Source of the DNA: Fimbriosthenelais zetlandica
Taxonomy: Eukaryota
Direction: 5' to 3'
Assembly (NCBI GenBank): GCA_977030845.1
Contig: OZ365115.1
Span: forward strand, 5,952,001 to 6,016,000
DNA: 64,000 bases
Every line of letters starts with the position of its first letter. Position 1 is the first letter of the stretch. The translations under genes and the position numbers were made by a program. A model generated the notes under the pieces. The model was given only the letters and a program-made list of their open reading frames with translations. It did no database searches and was not told where the DNA came from. Shown one piece after another: positions 14,901 to 28,300 of this stretch.

Positions 14901-16479
14901 TTGGCTTTGGACAGATTTGCTTTTCAAAAAGAATTGGTTTCGTTCAAAAACCATCTAATCAGTGGAGATATGAATTATCTTTCAATCTAAATATATACTT
15001 TCGAGGCTGCCTACATGTTTTAAGAACATGTTTAAACGAAATCTAGACAGCCTAGTATTAATTTGGAATTGATGAAATTGACGCTTCATTGCATCCTCTG
15101 TGGTTTATTATTGGGAATGACTTTGTTCCATTCTGTTTTGTAGCAAATCTCTATAGTTCCCAATCAAAACTATACAATTATCTTTCGACTGAATGCTTCT
15201 TAGACTCCCCAAACATTTCATAACATCATGTTTTACTGAATCATACTTGGTAATTTTGAAATCCATCAAGTTGCTGCTTCATAGCATCCTTTGCGACATT
15301 CTATTGGGAATTCCCTTCTCCTTACTGAAGAACTCTGAAAGGCCTGATGCCCATTTCTGTCCAATTTTGCATTTCGACTGATGCCAGCTCCAAATGTGGA
15401 CGAGTTTGTATCATCTACTTTGAAACCACTCGGACCCCTCCACTAGTGGACAAATTTCATTACCGTTTCGTTACCAAGGATGCCTTTCCTCCTGAACTCA
15501 TTCAGCCCTTCTGGTTCGGCCGGTAAAAAAGCTAGAGTCTGGGACATTGAGAGAGGGAAGAACGTTTTTGGGGAGTCTTATGATTAAATACCTATAGAAT
15601 GTCATGATGTCGAGCCGCCTGGGTGGCCATACCTGACATCTCAGGCCCCACGATTGAATAACTCCTGTCACTGAGACGTCCACCGCCCAACACTTCTCTG
15701 CCAGACGACAATTCAACCAGCGGCGAGTTTCTTCCAGCATTTCCTCACGGCTGGTGAGAGCTTGGGTAACGAAGTTAGGTGTGGAGGCTGGGTAGTGGAC
15801 AGGATGGCCAGTACAAGATGGCGGCTGACCGGATGGCCTGTGTGTTTATAGAGGTCTGAGCTGACAACTTGTACATCAGGATTATACCTGATAGAAGACA
15901 ATGGTGAAATACTCAAATTCAGCGACAATAGTTGTTGCAGCTAGTATGCCTTTTATGTTTATTTATGATTAATCATAGTATACATGGACTACATACATCA
16001 TATATATCAGACATGTACCCTAATGAGCTGCTCCTTTAACCTCAACAGTCAATTATCAGTCATTATCGACATCTATAATTTCCCTTTCTTCCCCATGCAA
16101 TAAATGCTTAATTCTTTAGCAACGACTCCTCCTTTGTGACTTGTCATAAATTGAATGCAGTCGACAAGAGTGATAAAATTGGTCGGTAGGTGGGGTTGTA
16201 ATGCTGCTTGCCATGACAGTGCCCCTAGCGAGGATGAGTTGTAGGGTGCGGTGACGTTCCCGGGAGACGCTCTAATGGCCTCTCCTATTTGCCTCGTTTT
16301 GATAGCGAGGCTTGCATGCCAGAGCCCCCGGGCGATAAGACGCGAAAAGAAGATCCGAGCCTCTCTGTTTTTGCCCCACAATACAACGGGTCAGGACTCG
16401 GGGCATGCAGTAAAAAACAGAAATGACAATTGGCAAGTAGAGCGATGCAATATGAAGGTCAGAGCTAATATTCTTAATG

Positions 16480-16743
16480 CTTCCCAAGCGAGGGCGCTGC
16501 CTGAATACCCCCAATTTACGACCATTGATGGGTCTAATGCTGTTGGTAATATTTCTATTAGAGAAAATCTTAAAAGCTTATAAAAGTGTATTGCATTCTG
16601 TCCTGACGGCATGTATAGATATATCTGGTATACAAGAAACCCAGAATGAAGGCATGGGGATGCACCCACTCCAAAGTTGTGGTTTGATATTTTTGGAATT
16701 GATTCAAGGGCTGGGAGAGCTTCTAAAGGAACCGCTAACATGA
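16480..16743 (+). mobile_element. Possible decayed non-LTR retrotransposon AP-endonuclease fragment
   Basis: IDISGIQETQNEGMG (from 16615) resembles the D-I-x-x-L/I-Q-E-T motif of RTE/CR1-type APE domains. Other APE motifs not found. Confidence 0.3.
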
Positions 16744-19700
16744 ACATGAAATGGTTCGAAAACAAGCCTTTTTTTATAACTGAAAGATGGGTTATCCATT
16801 TCATATAATTAAATAATATATTGTAAAAGTTGGTCAAAAATATGGCAGCACCCTAAACAGCCATGACCTATAGAAACTGTCATTGATCTTGAAGTGTGGT
16901 CTGGTGTCAGCACCTCACATTACAAGCGATGAACAATGGGATTCTTGGGATATGACATGTCTAGACCCATCCTCTACAACCCAGACCCTAAATATAGATC
17001 ACACCCGGGCAACCCTCACCCATCAATCCTCTCCTAGCTCAACCTTTAAAGGGCTTGTTTAAGAAGATAGGCCACCCTAGAAATTAGTTAAAAGTTTCAG
17101 GACATTTTCAAGTTTTAAGTATATTTTTGAACATAGCCTAACTTGAATCTGGAAGTGTTATAATTTTAATTACCGGTAGTTTTTACCACTCATTGCAATA
17201 TATTGATGTCCTTTATTTGGGGTTGTACATGACTGTTTGTTTGGTTGGTATGTTTCCCATTTCATTGGGCTGGAGAGAATTAATAGATGTCTTTTAAAGA
17301 CGTCTTGATGTTCCACCATGATGGAACCGAGCCTGCGGAAGTAACCCACCGGAAGTGGCTTTCCCAAGTAGCTGAGTAGCTTCTGTGCACAATGTTTATG
17401 ATCGATCCAAGGCGCCATAATCCGCCTTGTGAGGCATTGGCTTCAAATCAGTTCTGACAACTCGACTCCTGGCGCAAACTCGACCAATACGCCCAATGCA
17501 CCTCGCATAATACACTGATTGCTTGACAAATTGTTGGGGGCCATCTTGCAGGGCAAGAGAGTGGCGTAATCACATCGGCGGGGGGCATGTCAGCGCTGGC
17601 TTCTGGGTGACCCAGGGACGTCTGCATTCCCTTCTTTAAAGCCACCTTTGGCACTGACCCCATGCAGGTAGCGGGCTCATGACCTTGGCTGTATAAAGTC
17701 ATGGTGTCGTTCTGTCGGGAGACGACAGGAAGTGACGTAGAAGGAAGGTCTAGCACCCTCCTGCGGGAGGAAGGAGGATTATGAAACATGAGGTGGTTAG
17801 CGCAGGCCTTTGATGAGGACGGACCATGTGCCTATCGTAGGCAGCCATCTTGCTCGCTGTCTCCATACATACTGATATGGTCATCAGAGCTGGACGCCCC
17901 GGCATCGATCTTCAATAACAGATACAAACCCCAGACTGTTTAAATTCATCCTAGATCCCCACCCATGTACTTGCCCAGCACTTCGAATCCCTTTCTTTTC
18001 GTACAGACCATTTTTTAAGCCATCTTATTAAAGTATCCACAGAAGAGGTCTGATTTCTGCCGGAATCCCCAAGAAACAAAGCAGTTAAAGTCTGCTTGGT
18101 CCAAATTTCAAGATGTCCTATATTTATCCAAACTATCCATAAATTTAGGAGCATTGCAGGAAAGGCCTCAGTATATCTGCACAAATTGTATCCACGTCAA
18201 AATAACAGCATTATTTGTACTGAATATTGCTATCACTTCCAACCTATCTATCATAATCCATATCCAAAACCCCAGGAACCTTCACCCTTCTCCACTGTCG
18301 TGCGAAATTTTGTTGAATGTAAAATATTTTTCTTCTAACGTCAAGTCGCGTAGCTGAGCGGGTGTGGCTTAGCGATAGATGGCGAAGGGAAGGTGGCAGA
18401 ATTTCCAGACCTTGAAGTGATATCATGGGAAAAATTTAAGCAATCTAGTAACTGTTGTCACCCAGAACATCGGGACGTTGCTAATCATGTGGTGTAACCC
18501 TGTCCAGTCCGTACAAATTTTTGCAGGATTTTGTACGACACCACCCCGTCTGTGCACATCCCTCTTTTCACCATGATATATAGGACTTGTTAAGGGGGCC
18601 ATAGCTGTAGAAGTGCCCCTGGTATACCCACCAATGATCGGAGACATTCGGCAAACCTCGTAAATCCCACGAAGATCTACAATGTAGTTATGGCAGGGAT
18701 GGGGGGAATCGAATTACATAGTGGATATTGTCCGAATCTGAACACCCCAAAACATGATGCACGTAGAGGAAAACTCCTGCTCATGGCGAAACCCACTTTG
18801 TGCACTGGACCAGAAAACATAGTTAACATATCAATGTTGAACCTGCAAGGGATGTACGTGAAAATGTCCGGGCATATTGGTAAATGTAATTCATGCTTGT
18901 CATTTATTTTCACTGCCACCTTGATTATGACTCACTCTGTTGAAAAGATTGCTACATTTGCAGAGGAAGACATAAGCACATACCAGCTCGTGCATTCGTG
19001 GCTCAATCAGTTTTATTTTGTGCACCCATTTGGTATTGTCTTAGTATTAGGAGTTTGGAAATATAGCATACAATTAGCCTAATGCATTCGGAATAGATCT
19101 GTCTAGCCAGTGTGGTTTGGAGCCATTCAGTCCCTCATTCACAGAAATCGTCACTTGTTTCATCTGAGGACTAATTTTGACTTACAGTAGAACTGCTCGG
19201 AGCTTCCCATCGTCAGTGCTGTACCCTAGTGTTAATGTCTGGAACTTCCACTAAGGGAGCCACCATCTTGCTGCAGTATGGCACGTGGCCCTGGTGGGGA
19301 TGGCCTATCCCTTGCTCCCATGATACACAGATTTATTCAGTGTCTTCATTGATGGGAGTCAGTTTCTGAGCAGTCTCTCAGATCTTACGCGTAGCCTGTT
19401 TCAAAACGAAGATTAGCAATGTTGAGTCGATGGGACATTTTAGCACTGAAACAGGCCCCAGTTTCTGGAGTCGTGATTGCCCGACCTACAACTTGATTGT
19501 CAGTAATGACACCCATGTTATCTGGAGGCCTACAAAGGCTTTGCGGAGGAAAGATGCAGACAATTCGTTGTTGTGAAATAGCTGCGAAATTGCTGACTGG
19601 ACGTTGGACTACATTTTAATTAATATTCACTGACTTACTTCAGAACATCAGTCGAATAATCATGATGTGTAGGCCTATTAAGTGAGACTGGAAGATATTC

Positions 19701-22700
19701 AACATATGCAGGCTATACTGTCACTTCAGTCTGTATATTTATCGCATGTTTCCCACCTCCGAGTACAGATACCTGCAACTCAGTCCCTATATAGATACTA
19801 CCACCCAACCCCAAATTCTTTCGTCACAAAGAACCCAGGGGATGAGCAGTGGCCCACTGTGCCCTTATCACACACAACCATTCCTCCCGCCCTATGCGTA
19901 TTCCTGCTTTTGAGAATAGGATAAAAAACATTGTTAGAGAACTGTTGCTCAGCACCGAACCTTGTCTTGTCCATATCCAGCACATCAAATGTTGCATGCA
20001 ATGACAGTTCTGACCTACTCCACATGCCTATGTGGCTTCTTTTAACTCTCAGAGCTAGAACAACATGAGGGGCATACCCAGGTGCAGCCCTACATTGAAG
20101 TGTGACACCACCCTTTCTATGCAAATGGTGACATATCACCCGTGCTCTTTTTCTTCAGAATGTTACATTACAACGTTTTGCAAGGATGACGAACTTCAGA
20201 TGCTTTTCCAACTGCTTTCAGGGATGACCAACCTGAAATGCTTTTTCAAACCCCTAATATCATGACCATTTCTTACCTATTTCTAAGTCAGATACCTCAT
20301 CATACGTATGATAATGATCCAAACTTTGCATGTAGTAGACCTATACTGAGTTTTCTATAGATTTCAAAGAAATTTCATAGGCCATTGTAGCAATCCTCTA
20401 GACGCCTTTGAAGTTTCTACATCAAGGTAGTAACACCAACATAATGTCACATACAATGAAGCCGAAGGCATCCATGTCCTTACCCCGGCACTGGCGCCAT
20501 GCCGCGTCCAATAAACACCTTACTTGAACGAAAATGAAACCGGAAGTTACGTCTTGTTCAGAGCGAGGCTGGCACGTGACTGTCATGGCTAACAAGCCTT
20601 GTCATGGTAATGGGAATTTGTCGCCGCCCTAAGATAGATACAACCATGTATTAGGGCCCTTAGTCTCCTCCTCCTATTGCTGGCCGCCACTAATTGTGTT
20701 TAATTCTAGATTGATCTAATCCTATTTATTATCTGTCTAATGATTTTACAAACCCAAAGGCCTACTCGTTGCAGGGAGGCCTCCCGGGAGTAAGTCCCAG
20801 GGGAACGTCTCTGATGGGAAAAACAGTTCACAATTGAATAAGGTCTGTAAGGTTGAAGATGGATAAAATGTGTAATGTAATTTCAGGAATTTTGCAGTTG
20901 ATAGGTAGGCTATCCTTCATATACTCCATATTAACAGAGCAACATGAAGTGTCAATATGTTGTGAGAAGTAGCCCATAGTAATTTGTCCAAATTTCCCAG
21001 GGCGTAGAGATATTTGTACTCGATTTTGATCTCTAGCCCCCATGTAAAATTTTCAACTCAGGGATGTCCGTGATATGAATGAGCAAAACACTAAAGGTCA
21101 CTAAACTTAGAATTTCCTTATATTTTGACCCAATTGCTTTAAATCTGCTTTGGATATAGTTTCACCAAACCCAATGAACAAGAACACTTCCTAAAATTGA
21201 AAATTGCAAGATCAATTTTCATCATTAGTATCGGAAAATGTAATCGTTCGTGATTTGGTCAGAATTATGCCAATTGATCTGAAGGGCAGTCATTATTTTA
21301 ACCCTATTTCTTTGGGAAGATCCATAAGATTGTGAACATTCATTCTGTGATGAGACACGATTCAGCAGACTGTAACAAGCTATCATGACCAATACTTGAA
21401 AAAGGCCCAGCATGAGGTGGTCATAGATCTACCGTTACCAAGGCAACCCCAGCTTATGCTCGGCTATTGACTCGACCTTAACCTGCCCACATGACCTTGA
21501 CCAATGATCATTTAGGATTATGGAGCAAAGTGGGCCGGAGAGAATCAAATAAAATATTTTTGATGTGTTGCAGTTGGCCATTTTGTCAAAAGTGGTCCCA
21601 GTTGTGGGCCAGTAGGCGGGAATGTCTGGTAGTGACAAGTGTGCAGAGACCGGTGGAACCTTGATAATGGGAACCAATGAGGGCCACACTCCCCATTGCA
21701 CTCTGGGCACCGACCCCACCCTCAACCAAATTATGAAATCCTATTACACATTATGAAATATGAAGTGAGGATAGCATTGCAAAAGCTTATCATGTGGACC
21801 AGACATCCTTATCCCTCTTTATCAGTGTCCAAAATCCCTGGTAAAATGTCTTCAAATATGAGACATTTCCAGGTTAAACTATAATGTGAAAGGGAATAGA
21901 TACAAATTCATTCTATAGATTCCAAGGAAATCATTTCTTTGCCTAAAAAGATTGGATGTCTCGGGGATATATAATAGGCCTACAGATTTCCAAGTCCATA
22001 GGGAGCTCCTATGACTTTCCTAGCTAGCCTGAGTCTGTACGCTTGTACTTTTATATCCAGGATTTAAGATGATGCTTCACCATTCTCTCCAGAGGGACTT
22101 GATTTTCATGGTCTGGAATGTTTCCAGTGTATTCCACTCTCAGACATGGGGACAAGCACGTTTATTAGTGCTGACAGAAAAGATGAAGGTGAATGAAATG
22201 ATGCGCCACAACCGTGAAAGTTCACTGACCTATGATGAAGATTCATATTTCAGGTAGACATATATTATTATAATATTTTCCCCAGACATATCTCCCAGAC
22301 AGCGTTGAATGATGATATCTTAATATCATTGGCCCAAAATATGGACGGTAGAACGATTAGCATTGCTGTGATATATAAACCAAAAAGCACTCTTCAAGAC
22401 ACACTTTTTATTTCCTTAGATGAAAATATATGAATAAATCATAAGATTCACAGTGTATACTCTAATGATAAATGTTCCTTTAGGCAAGTCAACAGATTAC
22501 TGTATCCTAAATTCAATTGTGACAGCAGATTGATCGTTTTGATATAATGGTGACAAAGTGATTTTCCGGATAATGTTGTAAAGGACAACAGAAGTCACCG
22601 AGTTCCAACCAGGGCGAGGCTCGCGTCCTTGACCTGTGTGTTGACATGCGCAGTCGACAGAAAGACATTCCACTAAACATCGGTCTCTATCTAACACACC

Positions 22701-24943
22701 TTCAATTCATTCATTTGGAGAAATAAAAGTACATTTTGTCATTCGAGCAAAACAACGTTTAAATTAATAATATTCTAGTTTTTCACTTTATGAAACCGGT
22801 GGGTGAGATAATATAATCCATGTGAAAACTTGAGTACCATCATCGCTGCTCCGCACTATTATACCTTCCTTGACTTTATCGGTAAAAATCCACCATTGCC
22901 GGAAGAACAATAAAAGTCAAACAGTAATACAGTATAGCATATATATGCAGGAAGCCATCAGCGGTTCAACGTGAGTATTATCATGGCTGGATGAGTGATG
23001 ACGTCACTCAGTGCCAGGCTGAAGTGAAAAAAGACAGGCTTAAAATGCTCCACTGTGGTGAGATCGTTCCCTCACAAAAAAGTTTCCTTGACACAATTCA
23101 CCAGTGAGGGGGAAACGTTAGGTTAGATGATGATCACGATGTCGTAATTTGGTATAATACACGTAAGTGAGTCTATTTACAAAGATACCTCAATGATGGG
23201 TTCATTTTAGACATCCCTGCATATACCAATCGTTCATCTGTGGGTATCTCAATGATACAGTATGACCTACTAATCTCAGAGACATGTTCAGTCACAGAAA
23301 ATATCCTGCTATAATCAGTCCCAAAAATCAAGACCACCTTGCCTGCACTAAGTGGTATTTACAGTAAACCTATGTACATTATCTAAATAGTGAATATTCT
23401 CAGTGTGATGCTTCAATAGAATTTTATATATTTTATAAATACACAATTATTTACAGTTCTTTCTAACTTTCTACATGGTCTCAGTGATGCTGTCAACCAG
23501 CCATCAGACGGCACTATAAGTCATGTCATTGGATTCTAACTTCTTAGTTGACCTTGATAACTGTAATGCATATTGTACTTGGGATCTATGACATTTAAAT
23601 CGTCTGCATGATTACGCCTAGATTCCTGACAATTTCTTTGGTTACTTTACTAAGTTTTGTAAGAACAAACTTGATAGAAAATAATAACTAGGTCAATTTT
23701 TATCATCTAAAGATTAGTTCTAGCTTATCTGGCAGCAGAGTCCTTGCTGACATTCAAATTCCTATGTAGATAACAAAATGTCATCGCCCCTAGTTAGGTA
23801 GAAATTATCATCTCTTTTTCTACCTTGTCACGTCCCTTAAAAAGTGTTCAAATCCAATTAAAGCGGGATGAACATGACGTGTTCAGCGATGTACATGACA
23901 CACAACTGCCATGTGGACTCAGCGATAGATCACAGGGTCACGTGACTGGCCGGCGGCCATTTTGTGCATCTGTAGCTAGTAGATAAACCTAGCAGGCTCT
24001 CTGGTGATTCTGCCTGCAGGGAGACAGAGTGGTGCTCCCTTGCCACCTCGTTTGTAAATGACCAAGATATGACTTTGTCCTTGAAGGTTGGGGTGCAATA
24101 AAAAAAACTGGAGACTGCTGATATTTATGTATTATACATGTAGGTTACCTGGTAGGTTGAAACAGGTTTCAAACTTTGGCTACTATGTGTACAAGGTCAA
24201 CCTACTTCAGAAAGTACTCGGATGGGCCTGTCTACTTTATGCAACAGACAATAGCAGAGTGAGGCAAATTTAAAGGGGTTAGTAGACTGGGGTTACCAAG
24301 GGGATAGCTATGGTTCTCATAAATTATAAAAGGTTTGTTACTTTCTCTAAGAGTCACTGAGTAAGACCATTCTTAAATGTATTAAATGTATTCTTAAATG
24401 TCAATACAATCCTTTTGATTACATCATGACAAGTAGTCTAATATCAAAATATCAACCACTGGATCAATCTGGAAGAGTACCAAAATATTATAATAATACA
24501 TGTCATTCCAGTAAAGCCATAAAACTGACAAACCTTTTAGTAACCAACCGGTCATGCTGGATTAAGGAAAGATATGTACAAACCAGCCTTGCTGACATGA
24601 AGTTAAGAATAAAAGGCAGCTCCACCATGGTAGAAAATGACAGCCCCAAAAATGACAGCAGGCAACCATAAGGTGGCTACCAGCATCAAACATGAGTTCT
24701 CCACCAATTCATATCTCAAATTAACTACCAGTACCTAACCTGCCCAAACTTCATTTGAATACTCACTGGCTTTCATTCTTTCTCTCATTTCCTATATCCT
24801 TTTCATTTCCACTCTCTCTTTTCTCATTTTCCCTCCCACTCTTTCATTCTGTGTCAAGGTGTACATAAATCTTCCTTGTCATACAGGGGTCCAGCCTGTC
24901 TGTAAGGTAGTTTCAAATCCTACATGAAAAAGAGTAAACTTTC

Positions 24944-25395
24944 CTAAGTTGCGTTGTATGCTGGTACTTGCAAAAACATAGATGTGAGTGCTGCCACAGA
25001 AGCAGCAAGAAAGAGCCAGAAAAACATCCTGTCTACACATTTGGCCAGAATTTGCCACTCATGTGAGATCCTGGTTTGAATATCAAGGTCACTAGTTTTG
25101 TAAGGTGTTCCAGAGCGTTTACGACTGCAGCGACTCCTACAGGTTAAGGTTTCAGCCTCACTTTGGTTGGAAAGATTGTCTATCTCGATTTCCTGTATTT
25201 TGGTCTCGAGAATGTGGTTCTCTGTATGGGTGACTTTGTTGGAAAGGGCAGTGCGGCCCGATTTACCGATGAAAATTTTCCGTAAGCAGACAGGGACTCG
25301 ATGACCTGAGTCCTTGCGGAGGAATATGTTGGTAACTATGACAGCCATTACCAATGCTATGGAGACCATGAGCATGGTGGTACCAAACAACACCC
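24944..25395 (-). CDS. nAChR exon 6 (terminal): M3, short M3-M4 loop, MA/M4 (HEWQILAKCVDRMFFWLF), stop
   Basis: Acceptor TTTTCTCTAG|GG at 25396/25395 completes the Gly codon. The EW-x-x-LA-x-x-x-DR-x-FFW motif precedes M4. TAG at 24946-24944. Confidence 0.95.
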
Positions 25396-28300
25396 CTAGA
25401 GAAAAGAAGAGAAATGCGTACTTAAAAAATCAGTAACTTAATAATGAGACATGATATTTCAATCATCATTATAAGAGGACTAGTCTATCAATGAAAGTAT
25501 TACATAGTTACACCAGCTTATTGATCTTATATATAAGTCTCTACTTGGGCCAATTTTGCCTCCTATCTTCAAATCGTCTTATGGGGAGAAGTAACTCACC
25601 TAATGCAGGGATGGCGTCTGGCGTGGGTGGCAATGTTTCACCCACAATTAGCAGGAAAACAACAAGGGCCAATAGAATGGTTATTTCTAAGTTCACTTTC
25701 TCACCAGATTCAACTGGCAAGAAAAATCCGAGGAAGGACACAGCGTAGATGAGCAGGCAGGGGAAGATAAGGTTGATGATGTAGAAGAGGCTACGACGAG
25801 TCATGTGGATGGTAAACGTGACATCTGGGTAGGGTTCTATACAACAAGCATAGATCTTCTCATGGCGATCAACCCCGATCCTGTCTACATACCACTCCTG
25901 ATTCTTAGGCGTGTAGTACACAGTGTTGTGTTCGCTAACATTGTACGTTACATTCAGTTTGAACCCGTGGAAGGTCCACGAGATGAAGATGATCTTACAC
26001 TTTTGACGGTCAAAAGGGAAGTGCCTCACGTCCAGGGTACAATAAGTGGTAACTACAGCTGGGAACATCCATAAAACTGACCCATTTGAGGTGACAATAG
26101 CATATGTATCCATGAAGTCCTGAAAACTATCATCCGCACTGAAAAATAAGAACATCATTGTAATGCAGATAGGGAAATATATTGATGGTTATCCAATGAA
26201 GAAAATGTTGCAATAATTTTAATTTGTCAGTAATGAATGATAACGCATGTCAATATAATTTTTCTGCATCAGAGTTATAGGTCAGGTCTACAGAATTTAT
26301 GGAATTTGGTCCAATTTTCTGAACTTTGATTTTACTGTAGACGAGTAATGCATACTTGAGTCTCGACTGGAAAAGTAGGATGTAAAGTTCTTTACGTTCT
26401 GTGCGGATTAATTGTTCTATCTCATTAGCAGATGGCATCGAGATCATAATAGTGAGAATGAGAGAATATGCTGAATGTATTAAAGAAATGGGGATACATC
26501 TCTTTTTTCGCTGAATGTAATTTGCTGCGAGTTAGGCAGATAAGGAAGACATCAAAGGGAGAAGGATTTGTGGACGGGTGTCATTAAATATACATCTATA
26601 TCAAGGCCCTGTCGGACCTGAGATGAAGGCCCTTCAACCCGGCCTCAATAATTGGATATTTAATGCCCTTTTTGTCTGTCCTTGTACAATGCCGAGATCT
26701 GTGATGGGTTCATTTGCATGTATATCAAAACTTTCTAGAAGCCACTTGTGAAATCACTTTGACAAAAGTGTGCATTAAAAAGACGGTTTAGGCCTATGTA
26801 CTAAGTTGTCAGGTGTTGCTAAGAACAAAGTGTTTTAGAAGTTTCTCCCATTAAAAAGGAAATCCACAGCACAGCAATGTTACTGCGTAGTGAACAATGG
26901 GTTTTCTGCTGAAAAGAACTGATACTCACAAGTTATTGATGAAGATATCAGGTCTCCAAATATCCATGGCTGGCACCCATACATGTTCTACCCCGCCATT
27001 TTTGACAGGGTCCCATTTCAAAAACTCATCCTCCCATCTCTGGAATTGAAAAGAAATATTAAGACAATGTGACATACACATGTAGATTATTTCTTTATTG
27101 CATTATTAGAATATTTTTTATCATATATCTGCTTCCCTGACTAAAAACTGAAGAAGGGTCATGTGGTTAACAAATTAAACTTGGGCTATATTATATAGCG
27201 AACCCCAAGTTGTCGTGATAATGGTCCCTGAAGTCTGCAGCCATCCCACTCCTGGGAAGTACACCTATTTTGCCTGTATCTCCCTCTTAGACTCCCCACA
27301 ATGCAGGTTGCCCAGAGCCTTTGAGCAGGGCATGCACACATGATCAACTTCCCTTTTGGATTGTACCTTCCTTCCCGACGGAAATACAGCCTGACAGAGC
27401 ATGGTCTAACTAATCAGCAGCTGTAATGGCGGCTGTAACTGGACCTAAAAGATGCTAGGCTAGTGGCAGGGGGGCTGATACTGACCATGTCCTCCTCTCA
27501 TCACTACTACTAAAGACTACTACTAAGTACCTGTTATATGACATTTTATAAAAGATCTCAAGAAGTATAGCTAAATGTACATGGAATCTAATATAAGACC
27601 TCAAAAATCTTTCCATGGAACTTGAAAAATATTATGCTTGTAGAAGAAAGGTACTTACCAATCTCACAGCTATAAGTGCTTTCAGCGTTTGATACTTTTC
27701 ATTCTGAAAAGACAAAAAAGTGGTTCTTCATTAAGGACTTGTGTTCAGCAAAAATAGCCCGCATGTTTAATCAGTGGCCGAGCATGCAAGGAAGCAGGGA
27801 AACACAATACTGCGAACGAAGCTGCATGAACTCGAGGAACAAACAATCATTCATGAGTCGGGGATCAAATGATTTGACAATCTCAAAAAATAACGTTCAT
27901 CTTGTCTCAAGTTGGGAGTCGCGATTGACTGAACTGAAAAAAAGGCACAGAATGTAGCTCGAGTAAGTTTGACAATGGAATGTGTAGGTTACCGTTGCTA
28001 TTCAAAAGGGCCCACATAAGCCTCAATTTTCCCATCCGCGTAGAATATTAGCAGCTTGGTGCATCACGAGCTCCTGTCATATTTAGTATTTGTATAATAC
28101 TTTTACCATTTCGATATTCGGGAAATAAGTATCCTTATTTTGAATTAAATTTTGGCATTTCTCATGCAGAGGGGGGAAGCATTACAGAAAAGCATTGTTA
28201 AAGGTGTTTTAGGAAGTATACTACTATTCGTTGGTGAACGGGAAAACAATTGTTTAACTGCAACTGTTCTCATGCATGCTCTAACTGGCATTTGTTCCAA

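Noticed and set aside
18000-19000. Ty3/gypsy pol-like phrases on the minus strand (LRSLVGIPG; STAMAPLTS; FCHLPFAIY)
   Set aside because: These need several frameshifts and deletions, and no YxDD or RNase H catalytic motif is present, so they cannot be told from chance without a search.
19900-20200. LINE RT-like phrases (GIPRCSP; FYANGD)
   Set aside because: Poor match to QG-x-x-LSP and YADD, in different frames.
24140-24160. TTACCTGGTAGG resembling the U1 snRNA 5' end
   Set aside because: Only about 10 nt match, with no Sm site or stem-loops.
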